Virus record (IMG/VR): IMGVR_UViG_3300033141_006329
Location: 62,001 to 126,000 of that record
DNA length: 64,000 nt
Reading direction: 5' to 3' (one strand)
Positions 58,035-64,000 of this stretch are shown in pieces (within the stretch, counting starts at the first letter, position 1; each line of letters begins with the position of its first letter). The notes under the pieces are model-generated. The model saw nothing but the letters and a program-made list of their open reading frames with translations, made no database searches and was not told where the DNA came from. A program made the translations under genes and the position numbers.

Positions 58035-58045
58035 GAGGTGATTTT

Positions 58046-59542
58046 TTGATCGGAGAGTTTTTTATAGATACTTGTATATCGTTAGGTTGTTCTGTAAACG
58101 ATGATGATGCTAAGTTACTAGAGGTTATACAATCCATATTATCCTGGCATAAGAAAGAAACACAAAAGGATGATGTGCCTATAGAATTTTTAGATAAGGT
58201 TGAATTGGCAAATTATCTAATAAACTACCGTATGAATAATAAACCATTTGATTTTAAAAGTATGGTTTACGGGTTGAAAAATGGAAAGTTAAAAAACCTT
58301 ATTCCTATAGTAGAGAATAGTAAGACAGAGATTGCAGAGGAAGAGTTGGAAAAGATCAGTAGTTTCATATATTCTAAGAAGAAATTATGCGATATGATCA
58401 CAGGCAGAAATAACATCCAAGAATTATTAACAGATGTAGAAACAGGGAATTATATAGATGATGATGAGATATGTGAAAGATGGGAACATCAAATAACGAA
58501 TAGTTATACTCAAATAACAGAGATAAATAGAATAGAGGCTGTTAAGGATGTTGCTTCTTTGGATTTATTAAACGATGAATACGATGAAGTTGAAAGATCA
58601 ATACGAGAGAGATATTCATCTAAGAATGTAATAAAAACAGGATATAAATCAGTGGATAATCTTTTACCAGCAAAGGGATTTGAGAGAGGTCGATTGTATG
58701 TTATTGGCGGTACTTCAGGTATAGGGAAATCTAACTTCATGATTAATCTAATTGTAAATGCAATAAGTCAAGGAGATCCAGATCCAGATGCTATTTATTT
58801 ATATTTAACAGGAGAGAATTTAATAGGAGAGTCCTTAGAGAGGACATATTGTTGTTTCACCAGAACTCCTCATAAAAATATGGTTGATAGTATTTTAAAT
58901 GATCCCACATTCTCACTAAAAAAAGAAATAACAAACATCCTGACAAGTAAATCCTCTAATATTCATATGAAATATATAAAGCCTGATATAACAACATCCT
59001 TTGATGTTGCAGCATTAATAGCCGATGTCAATTCAAAAGGAAATCTAAAAGCTGTATATTTAGACTATTTAGATCTGACATGTAGTGGTTATAAAATAGA
59101 TGATATTAGATTAGATATAGGTCGAGCATGTAGAGCATATAAAAACCTTGCAGTTGATTATAAAATACCATTCATAACAGCTACTCAGCTTAATAGAAGT
59201 GGGTATGATAAAGAGCTAGAACCTAGTCTGATATCTATGAGCGAATCTATGAAAAAAGTTCATGACTCTGATTTTGTATTATTCTTACAACCACCAACCG
59301 AGTCAGTAATGTCAATACCATTTAACGGATCTACAAAATCTTTTAAGAAGGTAAAAATGACAGTTTTAAAAAATCGCAACGGGGAAGTTGGTGCATCTAC
59401 TAATATAGTTAGTAACATACGACTGGGTGATAAGAAGATTTTTGATTATTCAATGGAAGAAGAACCTGAAACCAGAATTGATATTGTAGACACAAATATA
59501 GTGGACGAAAATTATGATGAATATACTAATAATGTTTGGTAA
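58046..59542 (+). CDS. Replicative DnaB-like helicase (T4 gp41-like)
   Basis: GGTSGIGKS Walker A, GE, LDYLD, TATQLNR.G, SES, K.R.G. Confidence 0.9.
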   Translation: MIGEFFIDTCISLGCSVNDDDAKLLEVIQSILSWHKKETQKDDVPIEFLDKVELANYLINYRMNNKPFDFKSMVYGLKNGKLKNLIPIVENSKTEIAEEELEKISSFIYSKKKLCDMITGRNNIQELLTDVETGNYIDDDEICERWEHQITNSYTQITEINRIEAVKDVASLDLLNDEYDEVERSIRERYSSKNVIKTGYKSVDNLLPAKGFERGRLYVIGGTSGIGKSNFMINLIVNAISQGDPDPDAIYLYLTGENLIGESLERTYCCFTRTPHKNMVDSILNDPTFSLKKEITNILTSKSSNIHMKYIKPDITTSFDVAALIADVNSKGNLKAVYLDYLDLTCSGYKIDDIRLDIGRACRAYKNLAVDYKIPFITATQLNRSGYDKELEPSLISMSESMKKVHDSDFVLFLQPPTESVMSIPFNGSTKSFKKVKMTVLKNRNGEVGASTNIVSNIRLGDKKIFDYSMEEEPETRIDIVDTNIVDENYDEYTNNVW

Positions 59543-59564
59543 TTTCTGTGATGAAAATTAGAAA

Positions 59565-59574
59565 GGACAAATTT
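59565..59574 (+). promoter_or_regulatory. Class 2 variant upstream of acidic protein
   Basis: GGACAAATTT. Confidence 0.4.
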
Positions 59575-59634
59575 AAAAGAGAGCGATAATTAGGTAATTC
59601 CTAAAGGGTATATAAAAGAAAAAAGGAGAAAGAA

Positions 59635-60162
59635 ATGAGTAACGATAAGGATTATATTAAGTTTTTAGAAGAATCTGTTGCAGTACAGAAATATAAGGCA
59701 CCCTGTGATAAGGTAGTTAATTGGAAGGGTGAAGGAAAATTAAATTCAAGTCTCGATGGAGATATTGATTATTTAGTTAAGAAAATTACTAAGGGTGATA
59801 AACCCGAAGATAAAGCTATTCAATCAGAATCTAAAACTGGGAGTGATTCTCCCTTATCTATATTAGAGAAAGAATTAGATGAAGCAGATGAAGAATTAGA
59901 TGCTAAAGATATAGAAAAAGATCTCGAAAAAGATATGGAAGCTGATAAGGACATAGCTGAAGAAGGTTGTAAAGGCATAGACGAAACCATAGATTTATCC
60001 AATGTTGAGAGTGATATATTATCTAGGCTTATTTCTGAAATGGATGCTATGGATAGTTTTGAAGATGAAGACATGATTGATACAGGAATGGGTGATGATT
60101 ATGTTGACGATGAATTAGATACGGAGGCGTTACCCGCTGAGGATGATTATCTGGGTATCTAA
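59635..60162 (+). CDS. Highly acidic protein (possible prohead core/scaffold component)
   Basis: 175 aa, D/E-rich; near the portal. Confidence 0.55.
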   Translation: MSNDKDYIKFLEESVAVQKYKAPCDKVVNWKGEGKLNSSLDGDIDYLVKKITKGDKPEDKAIQSESKTGSDSPLSILEKELDEADEELDAKDIEKDLEKDMEADKDIAEEGCKGIDETIDLSNVESDILSRLISEMDAMDSFEDEDMIDTGMGDDYVDDELDTEALPAEDDYLGI

Positions 60163-60194
60163 TATACGCCTCGTGCAGAGGCATTTCGCTACCG

Positions 60195-60231
60195 AAAAGG
60201 GTTCGTCATTTTACAACGACGGGCCCTTTTT
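60195..60231 (+). terminator. Rho-independent (possibly bidirectional) terminator
   Basis: AAAAGGGTTCGTC-N10-GACGGGCCCTTTTT; extra hairpin GCCTC-GTGCA-GAGGC at 60168..60182. Confidence 0.75.
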
Positions 60232-60261
60232 AATTATAATTCAACAGGAAGGGGCTAAAAA

Positions 60262-60519
60262 ATGTTAGAAGTATTTTTGAAGGATCCGGGAATAATTTTT
60301 ACGAAGAACAACGGAAAGGTTGTCAGAACACCGATCAAATTTTATATAAAGGAATCCGAGAAACTTTTATATGAATCAATGATAAGGGCAAGTTCCATAA
60401 ATAATTTTGAGATAACTGAGATAGATGAGGTTCCCAATAAATCAAAAGGGAATGTTCCAAATCTATCGAAAATTAAACCAAAATCAGACATCAATCTAGA
60501 ATTTAAAGTGAAGGGTTAA
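60262..60519 (+). CDS. Hypothetical protein
   Basis: 85 aa, GGAAGGGG RBS. Confidence 0.55.
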   Translation: MLEVFLKDPGIIFTKNNGKVVRTPIKFYIKESEKLLYESMIRASSINNFEITEIDEVPNKSKGNVPNLSKIKPKSDINLEFKVKG

Positions 60520-60523
60520 TCAT

Positions 60524-60994
60524 ATGTATAAATTCATATTCTATTTGAAGGATAATAAAAACATTGTGATAACCTCTAAAACTAATAATACATCTATAAA
60601 AGATTATGTTGATAAAATAGCAGATATCATGGTAGGTACCGAGTTAACAAAGTTCGAAACAGAAACAGATGTCCTTATGTTAAAACCCTTAGATTTAATG
60701 GGTGTACATATAGTATTAGATACAAAGTCCGAATCATCTTTCACTCCTATTGATTATTCAGAGGGTATAATAGACGAACCAAATCTACAAGCCGTAATAC
60801 CTGATATAGACTTGAGTGATGTAGGTGTTGATGTGGAAAAAGAAGCAGAAGAAACTTTAGATGAGTTTGCCGACACTATAGACAAAATTGTAGAGACAAA
60901 AATAGAACCAGAAGTAGAAGTTGAAGCAAATGAAGAGGAAATAAAAGAAGATCCTGCAGAAGAGGAGGAGACAGATGATAATACTTCTGATTAA
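60524..60994 (+). CDS. Hypothetical protein with acidic tail
   Basis: 156-aa ORF. Confidence 0.55.
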   Translation: MYKFIFYLKDNKNIVITSKTNNTSIKDYVDKIADIMVGTELTKFETETDVLMLKPLDLMGVHIVLDTKSESSFTPIDYSEGIIDEPNLQAVIPDIDLSDVGVDVEKEAEETLDEFADTIDKIVETKIEPEVEVEANEEEIKEDPAEEEETDDNTSD

Positions 60995-61421
60995 TGCCTG
61001 GTTACTTCTGTTCTTTATTATGTTATATACGGTATTGGATCGTAATATCAAATTAAAAAATAGGACGGATGTATTTGACCGATATGGAGAACTTTTGGTA
61101 ATAATGGATAGATCGAAAGAGTTAGCATATCAGAAAGTTTTTCAGGATCATGTATTGACCTATTCTTTTTCAGGATTTAAAGTGAACAAGGAAGAACTGG
61201 ATTTATTTCAATCAATATATATAAAGACTCTTTTTACATTCTGTGGTCCAAAGGTGATAGAAGATTTGAAAATATTACATGGGGATATAGATTCTGTTTG
61301 TGCAATACTTGTAAATGATTTTATTCAAAGGATAAAGCAAGATGAAACGAATATAACAGGCAGGATGTTAGAGGCTGAAAAAAATAAAGAAGAGGAAGGA
61401 GGCGTAACGAATAATGGCTAG
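60975..61421 (+). CDS. Hypothetical membrane protein
   Basis: N-terminal hydrophobic helix. Confidence 0.6.
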   Translation: MIILLINAWLLLFFIMLYTVLDRNIKLKNRTDVFDRYGELLVIMDRSKELAYQKVFQDHVLTYSFSGFKVNKEELDLFQSIYIKTLFTFCGPKVIEDLKILHGDIDSVCAILVNDFIQRIKQDETNITGRMLEAEKNKEEEGGVTNNG

Positions 61422-63387
61422 AAAAACTAAAGCTCCCAAGAAAATTAGGGCTAAGAAAACAGGTGCAATCAAGAAAGCGTTTGATACATTCAAAAATAAA
61501 GTACTGAAAACACCTGACAACAAATCCTTAGATAATGTTGATGTAGTATTATCAAGGGTATCTGATAGTATTGTCAATAAGGATTCTCTAAACCAAGCAG
61601 AATTAGTTAGGAAAGTTTTCTCTGATACTATAAATAGTGATGTGTTTAAAAACACTTCCTCAGATATGGTTTTTTCTCCAGAAACAATTGGTCGATTGAT
61701 GAGATATAGCAACGCAGAAGAAATATGTGATATGCTTCCATATTGTGCCAGGGCATTAAAAATAATAGCAAATGAAACTATAGCCCCAGATAAAGTAACT
61801 AAAGAAAGCCTACAATTTTTACAAACAAAAACCTTTGATGCTAGTGATCAAAAATCATTAACAAATGTCCGAGCTATAAATGAGGTTTTGAAAATTGAAG
61901 ATTATATGTATACCTTAATTTACGAAACCCTAAAACTCGGAGATCAATTTGTAGAGATATGTGATTATAAATCTAAAGAGGTTCCGATAACTCAATCCTT
62001 ACTCAGTGAAGAAACTAACCGAATGGAAGAATCCGTAGTGACAATGAGCGAAGTAGATGTAACTCTTAAGGGACATGCAATGAATGAGTTTGGAAAAGTT
62101 GTGGAAGAAAGTCAATCCATGAGAATAAGACCTACCATAATCGAAGATACAAATAGTGCAAGTACAATTCCCATAGAAAATGTAAGACTGATAATCCACG
62201 ATCCCAGATATATAATAAAGTTACAATCCAATAGGTTCAAAATGTGTTTAGGATATTTAGTATTACCTAGACCTAGTGATGGCGGCGGATCAAATGGTAT
62301 ACCAGGTGCAAGTTGCGGTAGTTCTACAGGATCTTCAGGGTTACAATTTTATGGATCACACAGTATGCGACCAATGACAGGTATAGATAGATTATATTCA
62401 GAAATAATAACATCTATAAAGAAAAAGTTAGGAACCAAAGAATTATCGATTCAGAAAAAAGAAATATTGGATATGTTAACCAGAGTTGTTAAGGAATATG
62501 ATGCTCAGGAAAATCTCCAATTTAATATAAGATATGTCCCACCAGAAAGAATGGAACATTTCAATATAGAAAGTAGAAGGTTTTTTCCATACGGTGAAGG
62601 AATATTTTATAAATCCTCATTCTCAGCTAAATTATTGGCAGTATTTGAAACGGCATTGGTAATAAAAAGAGTATCTGACTCTAGTGATAAAAGGGTAATA
62701 TATGTAGAATCCGGTTTACCCAGAAATGTAAGGAATCTGATCGAAGAACTTAAAGAGTCAATGCAGAAGAGGAAATTTAGTATGGATACTATGGGTAATA
62801 TAAGTAGTGTTGTATCAATGATTACAAGCTATGAAACCTATTATATTCCTCAAAAACAAGGCAAGCGATATGTAGAGTTTGATCAAATCCCATCCAATAT
62901 AAATATAAGAGATTTACATGACGAACTAAAAACCTTTAGAGATCAATTAATATCATCATTAGATGTACCACCTGCATTTGTTAATGTTGATGAAAATACA
63001 CCAAATAAGAATGCCCTATCACACGAGTCAATGTTATTCGCAAAAACTATTGTAGGATATCAAGATCAATTGTCAAGACCAGTGCAAGGCTTATTTTCAA
63101 AAATATATAAGCTGGTGCATGATCAGAAGATACCTTTAGGTATAAATATAACCTTCTTTCCTCCAAGGATGTTGGAAATAGAGAGGGATGCGGAACATAA
63201 TGAGACTGTAGTTAGATTAATCAATGCTTTAGCTGAAGTTGGTATTGATAAAGAATATCTCAAGAGGAAGTATTTATCTATTGACTGGGTCGAACATGAA
63301 GAATATAAGACTAAATCCGAATTAGAGAATAAAACAGAGGGTGAGAAGAAGGATGAAGAAGGTGGAGGTTTTGGTGGTGGATATTAA
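61414..63387 (+). CDS. Portal protein (T4 gp20-like)
   Basis: A..IIA.ET..PD, LK.GD.F.E, L...E.ALVI.R...S.DKRV.Y..SG, YYIP..QG, L.VP; position upstream of core/protease genes. Confidence 0.8.
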   Translation: MARKTKAPKKIRAKKTGAIKKAFDTFKNKVLKTPDNKSLDNVDVVLSRVSDSIVNKDSLNQAELVRKVFSDTINSDVFKNTSSDMVFSPETIGRLMRYSNAEEICDMLPYCARALKIIANETIAPDKVTKESLQFLQTKTFDASDQKSLTNVRAINEVLKIEDYMYTLIYETLKLGDQFVEICDYKSKEVPITQSLLSEETNRMEESVVTMSEVDVTLKGHAMNEFGKVVEESQSMRIRPTIIEDTNSASTIPIENVRLIIHDPRYIIKLQSNRFKMCLGYLVLPRPSDGGGSNGIPGASCGSSTGSSGLQFYGSHSMRPMTGIDRLYSEIITSIKKKLGTKELSIQKKEILDMLTRVVKEYDAQENLQFNIRYVPPERMEHFNIESRRFFPYGEGIFYKSSFSAKLLAVFETALVIKRVSDSSDKRVIYVESGLPRNVRNLIEELKESMQKRKFSMDTMGNISSVVSMITSYETYYIPQKQGKRYVEFDQIPSNINIRDLHDELKTFRDQLISSLDVPPAFVNVDENTPNKNALSHESMLFAKTIVGYQDQLSRPVQGLFSKIYKLVHDQKIPLGINITFFPPRMLEIERDAEHNETVVRLINALAEVGIDKEYLKRKYLSIDWVEHEEYKTKSELENKTEGEKKDEEGGGFGGGY

Positions 63388-63412
63388 CAGGAAACTACTG
63401 TTAAATAAGGCA

Positions 63413-63422
63413 GGACAAACTA
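63413..63422 (+). promoter_or_regulatory. Class 2 element upstream of prohead core gene
   Basis: GGACAAACTATAAAC. Confidence 0.55.
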
Positions 63423-63444
63423 TAAACAATAGAAGGAGAAATAA

Positions 63445-63897
63445 ATGAGACTTTACGATCTGTTGGAAGATATCCTGCTTTACACTGAACAGGAACAAGA
63501 AGATCCACCCGAAGAACAAGAGGCTCCAGATGAGGAAGCTCAAGCGGAACCTCCTGCAGAGGAATATGAAGAAGAACCCGCAGCGGGTGGGGATGAATTT
63601 GGAGAACCAGAAGTATCTCCTGAAGAAACAATCACAATCATAGATAAGGCATATAGACTTAAGAAGATATATTCGCGGCTAATAGCCCTATCTCGTATAT
63701 TAGATTATGAAACAGATCCTAAATTAGAGGAAATTAGAGATAAGACCTTGGAAGCTATAGACCTCTTTCATATCATCGTTTCAAATTTCGATAGTTTTAA
63801 GGATAAGTTAGACAATATAATAGATGGATTTTATAAATTTTTAGAGAAAGCGACAGAAGAGCTGGATAAATTAACGAAGGAAACGAAGGAAGAATAG
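63445..63897 (+). CDS. Acidic prohead core-like protein
   Basis: E/P/A-rich N half, helical C half; between portal and putative protease. Confidence 0.55.
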   Translation: MRLYDLLEDILLYTEQEQEDPPEEQEAPDEEAQAEPPAEEYEEEPAAGGDEFGEPEVSPEETITIIDKAYRLKKIYSRLIALSRILDYETDPKLEEIRDKTLEAIDLFHIIVSNFDSFKDKLDNIIDGFYKFLEKATEELDKLTKETKEE

Positions 63898-63906
63898 GAG
63901 AGAGAT

Positions 63907-64000
63907 ATGTATATAATTTCTGAAGCATCAAGTGTAAGAACAATTCCTAAGAAATTAAAATCACTGAAAGAAGGTAGAATCCGATTGAAAGTTGGTCTTC
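63907..64000 (+). CDS. Partial ORF, probably prohead protease (gp21-like)
   Basis: MYIISEASSV...; GGAG RBS; inferred mainly from T4-like gene order. Confidence 0.4.
   Translation, partial: MYIISEASSVRTIPKKLKSLKEGRIRLKVGL

Overview
This window is a fragment of a large, AT-rich, T4-superfamily-like tailed phage (jumbo/huge phage type). Hallmark genes: gp20-like portal, gp41/DnaB-like helicase, gp44-like clamp loader, primase, family B DNA polymerase and a probable gp21-like prohead protease at the right edge. Genes are almost all on the minus strand from 1 to about 45.2 kb and on the plus strand after that. 1-16 kb is a virion module of modular, Asp/Gly/Ser/Thr-rich fibre-like paralogues, including a >=997-codon ORF (1..2992) missing from the ORF track. 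16-27 kb holds small accessory genes, ThyA with a Zn-ribbon insert, GroES, primase and clamp loader. 21.8-50.3 kb carries about ten glycosyltransferases, a radical SAM enzyme, an oxidoreductase, a methyltransferase, PurD and a bifunctional ADP-heptose enzyme (HldE). QueC, QueE and a divergent TGT/DpdA-fold protein point to 7-deazaguanine DNA modification. Four observations stand out: (i) a possible phage ADP-heptose/deazaguanine hypermodification system; (ii) a recurring element (often CC-N12-GG dyad plus GGACAAAYTA) found at least 18 times in front of genes, with exact 65-bp and 34-bp duplicated cassettes; (iii) a PolB split into two genes in reversed order, with a family-4 UDG fused to the N-terminal half; (iv) a structured non-coding region of about 1.35 kb with an orphan promoter-like element. 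No CRISPR array, tRNA, rRNA or reverse transcriptase was found. All family assignments come from motif recognition by eye, not database searches.
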